Virus record (IMG/VR): IMGVR_UViG_3300042542_006078
Strand: one strand, 5' to 3'
Source: a virus
Lineage: Duplodnaviria; Caudoviricetes
Length of the DNA stretch: 64,000 nt
Part shown: positions 27,387 through 35,776 of the stretch, piece by piece
Position numbering within the stretch: position 1 is the stretch's first letter
How the letters are laid out: each line of letters begins with the position of its first letter
Made by a program: the position numbers and the translations under genes
The notes under the pieces: model-generated
What the model was told of the DNA's origin: nothing
The model's database searches: none
Seen by the model: only the letters and a program-made list of their open reading frames with translations

Positions 27387-27917
27387 TCAATCCTTGTTTT
27401 CAGATGCGACGATCTTCTTCAAATCATCCAACTTTTTGTAAATTATTTTCTTTTCATCATCTGTGATTTCATCCTTGAAATCCATTAACATTTTACGGGC
27501 AAAGGAATCATATTTCTTGGAAAATCCAATTCTTATTTCCAATAATTCTTTGCTGTATTTAACAACATCTTCTTTTTTGGCGATGCTCGGATTATCAGAT
27601 TCATAATCCTTTTCCGAAAATTTATTGATTTCTTGTTTCCATGCTGATTGCAGCTTTTCTGACTCTTGGCCTATCTGTTGCGAAAAAACAAGTATAAATG
27701 TATGTTTTTCAATTGGCTTCAAAATTGAAAAACTTTTAACATCATTTGTTTTCTTGTCTATTATCTCAATTTTATTCCAATACTGTTGCGAAAAAGTAGA
27801 ATCGTTAAAATTTTTGTAAACTGAAATGGCATTTTTATAATCATTATGAGTCGCCTTTGCCTTTGCTGGTTCATCGTAGCCAACAAAAGCAAGCAAAATA
27901 ATCAAAATTATTTTCAT
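27387..27917 (-). CDS. Exported helical hypothetical protein
   Basis: AAGGGA RBS before MKIILIILLAFVG signal-like peptide (track start 27941). Confidence 0.65.
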   Translation of the reverse strand: MKIILIILLAFVGYDEPAKAKATHNDYKNAISVYKNFNDSTFSQQYWNKIEIIDKKTNDVKSFSILKPIEKHTFILVFSQQIGQESEKLQSAWKQEINKFSEKDYESDNPSIAKKEDVVKYSKELLEIRIGFSKKYDSFARKMLMDFKDEITDDEKKIIYKKLDDLKKIVASENKD

Positions 27918-27924
27918 TTTTCCC

Positions 27925-28755
27925 TTAAATAAATACCGCATCGCCTTTTATTCGCAAGCTGAAACCGTCAACCTCAAGAGATTGCGAATTTGCTGCTACA
28001 GTTCTCTTTATCCATACTGGTATTACATCCAAATTGCGAAAAGTACCCAAAGAATATGAGGATGTAGAAAATACTACGCTTGTTGGTGGTGTGGTTTCAA
28101 CATCAATTAAGGTTGCTTCTTTATTGATTGGAGAGCCATTGACAGATTTGACTATTGAAACATTTGGAGCAGAACCAGAATAAGTAAGAGAATTGGATTG
28201 TAATATGAGCAGTTCTTGATACCTCGCCCCAGAATCTCCTAAAAAATTTACTTCAAAAGAAAGAGTGTTGCTTCCTGCATCATAACTTGCTGATACTGTA
28301 ACTCCTGTCAGATAATCCAACAAATTAATTGCGGTTTGGAAATTACTTGCAAAAGTGTTGACATCAACATCATAAGAAAAATTAAAGTTATGTGTTGTTG
28401 TATCGGTATAAGTTAAGGTAATTGTACCTCCAGTAACACTACTGAAGTTGCTGATGTTCACATATTGTCTGTCATTTAGAATCTCAAATCCAATCTCCAT
28501 TTCGGCACCACTAGTTGGATCGTATAGGATGTATATTTCAGAATTATACAAAATTTCAGATGCGCTATCGTTGCTTATATAAAGGCACCTGTAGTCTATC
28601 ATTCCTAATGATGCTTCTGAATTTGTGACATTATCAAACAAAGTGTTGTTATTTACTGAATAAATTGATGGCGCACCACCCAAAGATAAGTTGGGGTTGT
28701 TGTTTGAAGAACCCCCAGAGTATAAGTAAGAAATATCGCCGGGTACAATTGGCAT
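27925..28755 (-). CDS. Putative virion structural protein
   Basis: YSGG..NNNPNLSLGG, LFDNVT..EA..G.IDYRCLYI.N, VWIKRTV motifs of a widespread phage structural family. Confidence 0.55.
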   Translation of the reverse strand: MPIVPGDISYLYSGGSSNNNPNLSLGGAPSIYSVNNNTLFDNVTNSEASLGMIDYRCLYISNDSASEILYNSEIYILYDPTSGAEMEIGFEILNDRQYVNISNFSSVTGGTITLTYTDTTTHNFNFSYDVDVNTFASNFQTAINLLDYLTGVTVSASYDAGSNTLSFEVNFLGDSGARYQELLILQSNSLTYSGSAPNVSIVKSVNGSPINKEATLIDVETTPPTSVVFSTSSYSLGTFRNLDVIPVWIKRTVAANSQSLEVDGFSLRIKGDAVFI

Positions 28756-28878
28756 CTTAACCTCAAATTTTGAACTATAATATCTATAAGTAAGTATATT
28801 TTTTTACCATTTTGGTTGATTTGAATTTTCTAGGCACTTATAATAGATGGCAAGATTGTTTCGGAAACCTGTCAAAAG

Positions 28879-29733
28879 ATGACGGACTCGGAAATAACGA
28901 AGCAAAACATGCAAGAACACAAAGATCATTACAGGCTAGATTCATCTAATCCTAGAAGGATTAATGGAAAGCGTGTAATTTGGTCTAACTTCCAAACCAA
29001 TCTTAAAATATTACAAATATACAACAAAGGTCTGGAATACTCCGTACTTTCCGATAAGTATGAAACTTGCAATCCATTGGTTTGGTGTAAAGATTTTCTT
29101 CACGATGTTGTACATTCGTCTTTAGCAAAAAGATCTTTTGAAATATATCGTCTTCGATATGATCCTTCCATAAATCCCAAGCCTTGTATTAAACAAACAA
29201 GAATATTGGTTGCAAATAGTCGTGATATCAGGATGGTAAAAAAGATACCATCATGTCTTGATTTCATTAATCAAATTGAAGACAAGCTCAATATTTCTCA
29301 CACTATTGTTCGTCCATGTATCAATCCACCAGTTGGTTATACAAAAGATAATGTTTTCATTTTCCAAGGACACAAAAGGTGGCTTTTTGCTCCTGCAATG
29401 TTGTCTTTATACACACTTTTGATAAGAGTTGGATTTTCGCATTTTCTTGGAAAAGATTATAAATCCACAATATTAGGACTTAAAGAGGGATTGATTAAAC
29501 AGTATCAATCCAAAGATGCAAGATGGATTAAAGAAATAGAACCAGCTTTTGAAAAAATCATTAGAATTGGCGACCGTAAAATTTTTTATCGTGATATCAA
29601 ACTCAATTATCCCGCTCACATGTCAACAGACATTATGCATAATAGAATGGGCATTGTTGCTTTCGCAAATGATATTAGGGCCAAGCATGCAGGACTATCT
29701 GTGGTTATGCCTTATTGGCACCTAATCAACTAA
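28879..29733 (+). CDS. Hypothetical protein coupled to COOH-NH2 ligase
   Basis: 284-aa ORF; WCKDFLHD motif; directly upstream of ligase. Confidence 0.65.
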   Translation: MTDSEITKQNMQEHKDHYRLDSSNPRRINGKRVIWSNFQTNLKILQIYNKGLEYSVLSDKYETCNPLVWCKDFLHDVVHSSLAKRSFEIYRLRYDPSINPKPCIKQTRILVANSRDIRMVKKIPSCLDFINQIEDKLNISHTIVRPCINPPVGYTKDNVFIFQGHKRWLFAPAMLSLYTLLIRVGFSHFLGKDYKSTILGLKEGLIKQYQSKDARWIKEIEPAFEKIIRIGDRKIFYRDIKLNYPAHMSTDIMHNRMGIVAFANDIRAKHAGLSVVMPYWHLIN

Positions 29734-29756
29734 CCTTTCTTTTGGAGGAGCGGGAC

Positions 29757-30674
29757 ATGGAATTTACTTTTGGTTGTGATCCAGAATTCATGCTGAATCG
29801 ATGGGAAGAACTGCAAAGTGCTATTCCATTGTTGCCCAAAAAAGAAAAGGCTGTTTTGAAAAACGGAAATGGTTTTTATTTTGACAATGTGTTGGCAGAA
29901 ATTGCGGTTAAACCTTCAAAAACAAAAAAAGAATTATTCACAAATATACAAAATGCTTTGCTTCATCTTGCAAAGTTAATTAAGCCTTGCAGATTCACGA
30001 TTCGCTCTTCTGCTAGGTATCCAAGCAAGCAGCTTGATGATAAGGAAGCAAAAATTGCTGGCTGCAATCCAGAATGGAATGTTTATACCTTAAAATGTAT
30101 TTTGCCTCCAGAGGAGGTCATTTCTAAGACGACATTCAGAACTGCTGGTGGTCATATCCATGTGGGGGCCAAAGGACTAGATGATCCAATTAAATCATTC
30201 GATGTGATTAGAATGATGGATTTGTTTATTGGAATACCATCTTTGTTTATGGATACCGATCCAACATCCAAAGACAGAAGAAAGATTTATGGGCATGCTG
30301 GCAGTCATCGCATGACTGATTATGGATTTGAATATAGAAGTCTTGGCAATTTCTGGTTTTCTTCACCAGAACATGTTAGTTTAATTTATGACTTAGTTGC
30401 ATTTGTTCTTGATTTTGTTGAAAACGAAAACCACAAAAAGTTCTGGTCTGTTAATGAAAAAATGCTACAAGGCAATGATCCTAGCCGTGCTTATACTTGT
30501 ATTGGCTATGATGCAAAACTTCTTTGCAAGTCAATTAATTCTTGTGACAAGAATCAAGCTGAAAAATTCATGCTTTTTATTCACAATTATTTGACAGATG
30601 ATCTTGCGAATAGAATTGAAAAACTTTCAGAAAAACCTTTACCGAATCCCTATGAATCTTGGGAACTCATGTGA
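29757..30674 (+). CDS. phiEco32-like COOH.NH2 ligase type 2
   Basis: FGCDPEF, DNVLAE, GCNPEWN, RTAGGHIHVG, RRKIYG.AG..R, GFEYRSL.NFW; GGAGGAG RBS. Confidence 0.9.
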   Translation: MEFTFGCDPEFMLNRWEELQSAIPLLPKKEKAVLKNGNGFYFDNVLAEIAVKPSKTKKELFTNIQNALLHLAKLIKPCRFTIRSSARYPSKQLDDKEAKIAGCNPEWNVYTLKCILPPEEVISKTTFRTAGGHIHVGAKGLDDPIKSFDVIRMMDLFIGIPSLFMDTDPTSKDRRKIYGHAGSHRMTDYGFEYRSLGNFWFSSPEHVSLIYDLVAFVLDFVENENHKKFWSVNEKMLQGNDPSRAYTCIGYDAKLLCKSINSCDKNQAEKFMLFIHNYLTDDLANRIEKLSEKPLPNPYESWELM

Positions 30675-31294
30675 TGCCAATCAATAAATGCGTAATCCAA
30701 CATTCCCACATTTGTCTTGATAAACCAGATCAAGCCATTATTTTGCTTCCCGGCAGGGGATGCTCTGCCGAAATGATGATGGGTTTGTTTTCCCAAATTT
30801 TGGAAATCCCCAAATTAATTGTTTTTTCAATTGAGCCAGAAAAAGAATGGTATCCAATGCCGAATGGTGCATTGGATCAAAATGATGCTTTGTCAGGTCT
30901 TACTGAAAATTTACCAATCATAAAAAATTATATTGATGAATTGCTCGCAGAATCAGAAATCAATGTTGAATCTACAAGTTTGATTGGATTTTCAGCAGGT
31001 GCAGTCATTGCTTTATCTCTTGCAACAAATTATCAAACTCCATATAAAATAATTATTTCACATAGCGGTGCAATTCTTGATCCAGAAAATATCAAGCCAT
31101 GTGAAATATCGACAAAAATAGTCTTGATACATCGACAAGATGATTCTTGTTTTGAATGGCATGAGCGATACTTGCCCATGCGTGACTCATTAATTAAATT
31201 AGGATATGCTGTCTCTCCAGTAGAAAGACAACTTGGAAACCATCTCATTTACAAAGATGATGTGGATTACATTAAAGAAATTATCTGTCAATAA
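30674..31294 (+). CDS. Phospholipase/carboxylesterase alpha/beta hydrolase
   Basis: LLPGRG, IGFSAGA nucleophile elbow, D and H downstream; TGATG overlap. Confidence 0.85.
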   Translation: MPINKCVIQHSHICLDKPDQAIILLPGRGCSAEMMMGLFSQILEIPKLIVFSIEPEKEWYPMPNGALDQNDALSGLTENLPIIKNYIDELLAESEINVESTSLIGFSAGAVIALSLATNYQTPYKIIISHSGAILDPENIKPCEISTKIVLIHRQDDSCFEWHERYLPMRDSLIKLGYAVSPVERQLGNHLIYKDDVDYIKEIICQ

Positions 31295-31979
31295 TCTTCC
31301 TGATTTTTCTGCAATCTTCCCTCACATCGATGGATTTGCAATTTCTGCAAAGCCATGGTAGTCCATGAATTTTGAAAGCCCTCACCTCAAGCATCAATCT
31401 CGTCCTGTTTACATGAAACTGCTTTTTACAGCGATTGCAATGAGTGCGTAAGCATCCACTTTTATGCTTGGCTGGAGGTGGTTTTTGTTTTTCAGATTTG
31501 CTTTTGCGTATTGCTTTGTTTTGAAAATAAAATCTTTTCAATTCATCGGGCATTTCTGGAATGGGGAAAAACGAACTAGAAAGCCATTGATATTTGCTTC
31601 CATCTTCGTGGCAACTTGGAGGAACTACTGATTGGTGAAGGTTTCCACGAAATTCTATACCGTCAACAACAATTCTTGTGAGTGATGGGTCTGGGCTGAT
31701 GAACAGATTATGAATCGATTTACTGCTGCGAAATCTAGGTCTTTGGTAACCATCTATGATTCTTTCAAGTAGATCATTTGCTTCCTCGGAGTCTGCTTCG
31801 ACATCGACTATTTCACCAAGCAAAATTCCCATATTGTAGTCACCCGAGGCAAAAAGATGTCTCCATCTTTCCACACTCCAGTTCTTGTTCCATGCGGATT
31901 CTATTGGTGTTTTAGTTTTCTTGTAAATTGGTATGGGTTTCAAACCTAGTTCGACATACTTATCAAAGAATTGAATCAT
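31281..31979 (-). CDS. Bifunctional DNA primase/polymerase N-terminal domain + Zn ribbon
   Basis: GLKPIPI, NMGILLG..VDVEAD, SSKSIH, VVPPSCH; CNRC..CRNC. Confidence 0.8.
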   Translation of the reverse strand: MIQFFDKYVELGLKPIPIYKKTKTPIESAWNKNWSVERWRHLFASGDYNMGILLGEIVDVEADSEEANDLLERIIDGYQRPRFRSSKSIHNLFISPDPSLTRIVVDGIEFRGNLHQSVVPPSCHEDGSKYQWLSSSFFPIPEMPDELKRFYFQNKAIRKSKSEKQKPPPAKHKSGCLRTHCNRCKKQFHVNRTRLMLEVRAFKIHGLPWLCRNCKSIDVREDCRKIRKIIDR

Positions 31980-32074
31980 CCGAGAATCTCCTCGAAAGCA
32001 ATAATAATCTCACGATATGTCATGCTTTCAATTGTTTTTCCATAAAATCTTGCCCATTCAATTAAAAGGAGCAT
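31976..32074 (-). CDS. Possible 32-aa ORF coupled to Prim-Pol (not in track)
   Basis: MLLLIEWARFYGKTIESMTYREIIIAFEEILG; its TGA overlaps the Prim-Pol ATG (ATGA). Confidence 0.4.
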   Translation of the reverse strand: MLLLIEWARFYGKTIESMTYREIIIAFEEILG

Positions 32075-32121
32075 AAGCTTATGGTTGTTTATTACTCTAC
32101 TGTTTTCACAAGGAGCATTCA

Positions 32122-33009
32122 ATGAAAATTGTTGCATTGGTCACCGGGGGTACAGGTTTTATAGGATATCACCTTTGCAAGTTTTTGTTTGAAAACGGAT
32201 ATCATGTAATGGCAACGGGAGTCCAAGGTGAAAATAATCCTTTTTGTCACAAGCTTTATAGACTACCTTTAGACAATCTCCCCCATCAAGAAATGGGTCA
32301 GGTTGATATCTGCTTCCATCAAGCCGCCAACAATAATACTATTGAAAGCGACTTGGACATGATGATTGAATCAAATGTCCAACAACCATCTATACTATTT
32401 CGTAAACTTTTGCAAGAAAATAATTGTAAGAATTTTGTCTATGCTTCTTCATGTTCAGTGTATGGAGACCAATCTGTTCCTTTTCACGAGGAAAAGACAA
32501 AACCCAATCCTCTTAATGTTTATGCTCAATCTAAATTGTTATTTGAAAGATTTGCAGAAGATTTCGCCTTGAACAATCAAGTTAAAGCAGTTGGCCTAAG
32601 ATACACTAATGTTTATGGAAAATATGAAAATCACAAAGAAAAAAGAGCAAGCATGATTTTTCAAATTTTAGAAAAATGTATCAAAAAAGAAACGATAAAA
32701 TTGTTCTACAATGGAGAACAGTTAAGAGATTGGGTTCATGTCGATGATGTTGTAAAAGCAAATATAAAAGCTGCCAACTATTCTGGATCAGGTATTTTTA
32801 ATGTTGGATATGGAAGATCCTGTTCTTTTAATCATCTGGTCGAAACTATTTCCTACATGATTTCCAAAAATCCAAAAATAAAATATATTCCATGTAATTT
32901 CATAAAAAAATACCAATCTCATACTGCTGTTGATCTTTTTAAGTCGAACAATCAACTAGGATTCTATCCAGAAATATCATTGCCAGAAGGAGTTAGACTG
33001 ATGTTATAA
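32122..33009 (+). CDS. hldD: NAD-dependent epimerase, HldD/RfaD-like (ADP-L-glycero-D-manno-heptose 6-epimerase)
   Basis: TGGTGFIG, YASS.SVYG, PLNVYAQSK, LRYTNVYG..ENHK..RASM, RDWVHVDD. Confidence 0.7.
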   Translation: MKIVALVTGGTGFIGYHLCKFLFENGYHVMATGVQGENNPFCHKLYRLPLDNLPHQEMGQVDICFHQAANNNTIESDLDMMIESNVQQPSILFRKLLQENNCKNFVYASSCSVYGDQSVPFHEEKTKPNPLNVYAQSKLLFERFAEDFALNNQVKAVGLRYTNVYGKYENHKEKRASMIFQILEKCIKKETIKLFYNGEQLRDWVHVDDVVKANIKAANYSGSGIFNVGYGRSCSFNHLVETISYMISKNPKIKYIPCNFIKKYQSHTAVDLFKSNNQLGFYPEISLPEGVRLML

Positions 33010-33038
33010 AAAATGCCATCCTTTCGGATGGCATTTTT
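33009..33038. terminator. Bidirectional intrinsic terminator
   Basis: aaaaatgccatcc-tttc-ggatggcattttt between convergent genes. Confidence 0.85.
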
Positions 33039-33059
33039 GGCTAATTAGTAAATTAGAAT

Positions 33060-34379
33060 TTATGGTTCTCTTCTCAATGAAATATAGAGATTATCTTGAT
33101 CGACAGAGGTAAAAAGTGCTTCGCAACCATTGCTGAATTTAGTTGCAGGATTTCCACCTTCTAACATTCCATTAACACTTTTCCACCAATTGGCTTCTTC
33201 TTTGGTAACATGTTTCTTGGAATCGTGCTTTTTGCCATGGTGTTTGCGTTTGCGAAGTTCGGCAAAGTCATGACCAGTAATCTTTCCGTCTGGCTTGCCT
33301 TTTGGTCCTGAAACATCGAGTTTCTTTTGTCCGCCCTTCAGCATCTTTTTCTTTTCAGTCATACCACAGCCCATGTATTTCATCTTTTTCTTTTCAGTCA
33401 TATCAGAGTCCATGCATTTCATCTTTTTCTTTTCAGTCATATCAGAGTCCATGCATTTCATCTTTTTCTTTTCAGTCATATCAGAGTCCATGTATTTCAT
33501 CTTTTTCTCGTCAGTCATACCACAGCCCATGTATTTCATCTTTTTCTTACCATACATTTTGGCTTCCATGCGAGGCATATCTTCTTCTTCATGATCTTCA
33601 TCATCGTGGCTCAACATATCTTCATCACGACCTTCTTTGTCATGACCTAGCATATCATCTTCATCTTCATCTTCATCTTCATCTTCATCTTCGTATTCAT
33701 CTTCATCTTCGTATTCATCTTCATCTTCATCTTCATCTTCATCTTCGTATTCATCTTCGTATTCTTGATCATGGTCTTCGTCGCCATGACCTAGCATATC
33801 ATCTTCATCTTCATCTTCATCTTCATCTTCATCTTCATCTTCATCTTCATCTTCATCTTCATCTTCATCTTCATCTTCGTCATGATCTTCATGGTCGTGA
33901 TCATCTTCATGGTCGTGGCTAATCATTTCTTCGTCTTCGTCCTCGTCTTCGTCACCATGCTGAGTGATCATTTCTTCATCATCCATCATATCTTCGTCAT
34001 CTTGCATTTCTGTGTAATCAAAAGATTCCATCTTGCAGGAATTGCACTTTTTTGTGCCATTCTTTTTAGCCATTGAACCACACTTAGCGCCGCACTTAGA
34101 ACAAGTGCCTTGTTTGTGCTTGCGCTTGCGTTTCTTGCTCTTATGAGGCTTATGATCTTCGGAATCAAGCTCTACATCAACATCTGGCTTGTCTTTTGCC
34201 TCTGCTGGTTCAACTAGATCGGTGTCCTCGCCCTTCATCTTCTTTTTCTTTTTCTTGAACATTCCTTCCTCAAATCCAAACTGAGATTGAATGCCAAGGT
34301 TCGACGGTCTGCCCAATCCTAAATTGAAGCTAGGGAGAACAGATTCATTTACCATTTTCCATTGCTTGTATGACAACAT
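33060..34379 (-). CDS. Very acidic repeat protein, possible head-internal/scaffold protein
   Basis: AGAGG RBS; (DE)n tracts; 13-aa repeats; KKLDV..KPDGKITGHDFAELR motif. Confidence 0.8.
   Translation of the reverse strand: MLSYKQWKMVNESVLPSFNLGLGRPSNLGIQSQFGFEEGMFKKKKKKMKGEDTDLVEPAEAKDKPDVDVELDSEDHKPHKSKKRKRKHKQGTCSKCGAKCGSMAKKNGTKKCNSCKMESFDYTEMQDDEDMMDDEEMITQHGDEDEDEDEEMISHDHEDDHDHEDHDEDEDEDEDEDEDEDEDEDEDEDEDEDDMLGHGDEDHDQEYEDEYEDEDEDEDEDEYEDEDEYEDEDEDEDEDEDDMLGHDKEGRDEDMLSHDDEDHEEEDMPRMEAKMYGKKKMKYMGCGMTDEKKMKYMDSDMTEKKKMKCMDSDMTEKKKMKCMDSDMTEKKKMKYMGCGMTEKKKMLKGGQKKLDVSGPKGKPDGKITGHDFAELRKRKHHGKKHDSKKHVTKEEANWWKSVNGMLEGGNPATKFSNGCEALFTSVDQDNLYISLRREP
33342..33548 (-). repeat. 39-bp coding tandem repeat x~5.3 (MTEKKKMKxMxxx)
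   Basis: Units start at 33342, 33381, 33420, 33459, 33498, 33537. Confidence 0.95.
33653..33880 (-). repeat. 6-bp tcatct tandem tracts encoding (DE)n
   Basis: Directly visible. Confidence 0.9.
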
Positions 34380-34392
34380 TGTATTCCTCTCA

Positions 34393-34434
34393 CCGTCATT
34401 TGAGGACGGGGCTCACCGTCAAATAATGACGGAT
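34393..34434 (-). promoter_or_regulatory. Tandem CCGTC/GACGG leader hairpins
   Basis: mRNA sense ATCCGTCAttatttGACGGtgagccCCGTCctcaaatGACGGtgagaggaatacaATG. Confidence 0.55.
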
Positions 34435-34486
34435 AAATGAAACTAATCTATATATGTACAGTTAAAATTTTTTATTCGGTAAAAGC

Positions 34487-35290
34487 ATGAGAAAACTATT
34501 GGTTGCGACTATTATCATCTTTGGTTTTTTATGCATTTATTATTCAATTAAATACAAACATAAAAAAAATATTCAAAATGAAACAAGTTTACCTCATATG
34601 GAAAACAAGAAACCAATTAATAAAAACATTCCAGTTATAAATAAAATCAATGAAAAAAATGCAAAAATTAGATCGGTTTTGCTCAAGTCTATGCCAATCA
34701 AAATCAATAATGGCAATTTTACTTTTAGATTAACTGGTGATTTGGCTCACGAAAAAGAAAAAAACTTTCGTTTCATAGCAACAAGTAAATTAACTGGTAG
34801 GGAAATGGATTTGGGATCAAATAGGGAAATTTTTTGGTTTTGGTCTAAAAGAATCAATCCTCCAGCACTTTACTTTGCCAAGCATGAAGATCTGTCAAAA
34901 ACAAATCTTAAAACCCCATTGAATCCTTCTTGGATGATTGAATCATTGAATGTAGGACTTGTTAATCAAAAAAATATACATGGTTTTACAGAAACTGATA
35001 TTTATCTCCATCTTTTTGAAAAAAGGCTATCTTCTTCTGGGGAAGATTGCATATTCATGACAACAATCAATAAATTAACTGAAAATATTTGTTCTAGAAG
35101 ATTGACAGACAGTAATGGAAAAGTAATAGTAAGCACGGCATATAACGACCATATAACCACGATAGAATGGAAAGATGAAAATGTGACTATGGAATGGGAC
35201 ACGAAGGTCAGACAACTTAATGTTGATCTGCCCGAATCTATGTGGAAAATTCCCGATTATAAAAAGAAAATTAATATGGCGATTGAATGA
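34487..35290 (+). CDS. Membrane-anchored periplasmic protein
   Basis: N-terminal TM helix; EMDLGSNREIFWFW..PPALYF. Confidence 0.7.
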   Translation: MRKLLVATIIIFGFLCIYYSIKYKHKKNIQNETSLPHMENKKPINKNIPVINKINEKNAKIRSVLLKSMPIKINNGNFTFRLTGDLAHEKEKNFRFIATSKLTGREMDLGSNREIFWFWSKRINPPALYFAKHEDLSKTNLKTPLNPSWMIESLNVGLVNQKNIHGFTETDIYLHLFEKRLSSSGEDCIFMTTINKLTENICSRRLTDSNGKVIVSTAYNDHITTIEWKDENVTMEWDTKVRQLNVDLPESMWKIPDYKKKINMAIE

Positions 35291-35524
35291 TTACTTGTTC
35301 AAAGATTTTCTAATTGCATCTCTTCTGAGAGCCTGAACTTTTCTTCTTTCCAAGTTGACACCTCCAGAATTGACAGGCGTTTGTGGAGGAACAGCCTGAT
35401 TTCTCACTTCGGTAGGAGTTCGGACTGATGCCACTCCTCTTGTTGTGGATCTTGCTGATGTGATAGGCCTAACCATTGGTGTTCTGCTATTGCTTCCAAC
35501 ACCTTTTTTGCAACCACAAGCCAT
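35291..35524 (-). CDS. Small basic protein (MACGC)
   Basis: GGAGG RBS; Arg-rich. Confidence 0.65.
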   Translation of the reverse strand: MACGCKKGVGSNSRTPMVRPITSARSTTRGVASVRTPTEVRNQAVPPQTPVNSGGVNLERRKVQALRRDAIRKSLNK

Positions 35525-35538
35525 AGTCCTCCATTTCC

Positions 35539-35748
35539 TTATAAGGGGTTTCTTGAGCGTGTTTTTGAGATTTTGTTCTTTCTTTCATGAACCGCTTTAA
35601 TTAAACTCGCCAACGCTTGCTTTTCTTCCATTAGATTGTCTGGTGGCATATTCATGGGTTGAGAGGGGCCAAAATTTGAGCCTCCTCCACGGCAACCACA
35701 ACCGCCACTTTGCTTGGGAACCGAATCTTGTTTTTGTTCGTTTTCCAT
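35539..35748 (-). CDS. Small protein with GCGC motif
   Basis: TAAATA 4 nt upstream of ATG. Confidence 0.6.
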   Translation of the reverse strand: MENEQKQDSVPKQSGGCGCRGGGSNFGPSQPMNMPPDNLMEEKQALASLIKAVHERKNKISKTRSRNPL

Positions 35749-35776
35749 ACTCTATTTATCCTTGGGGAACAGAAAA

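Noticed and set aside
33342-33548. 39-bp repeat as a CRISPR array
   Set aside because: Units are contiguous with no unique spacers, in frame within a CDS, and no cas genes are present.
33295-34168. Plus-strand His/Leu/Phe-rich ORFs over the acidic gene
   Set aside because: Antisense shadows of the 39-bp and 6-bp coding repeats.
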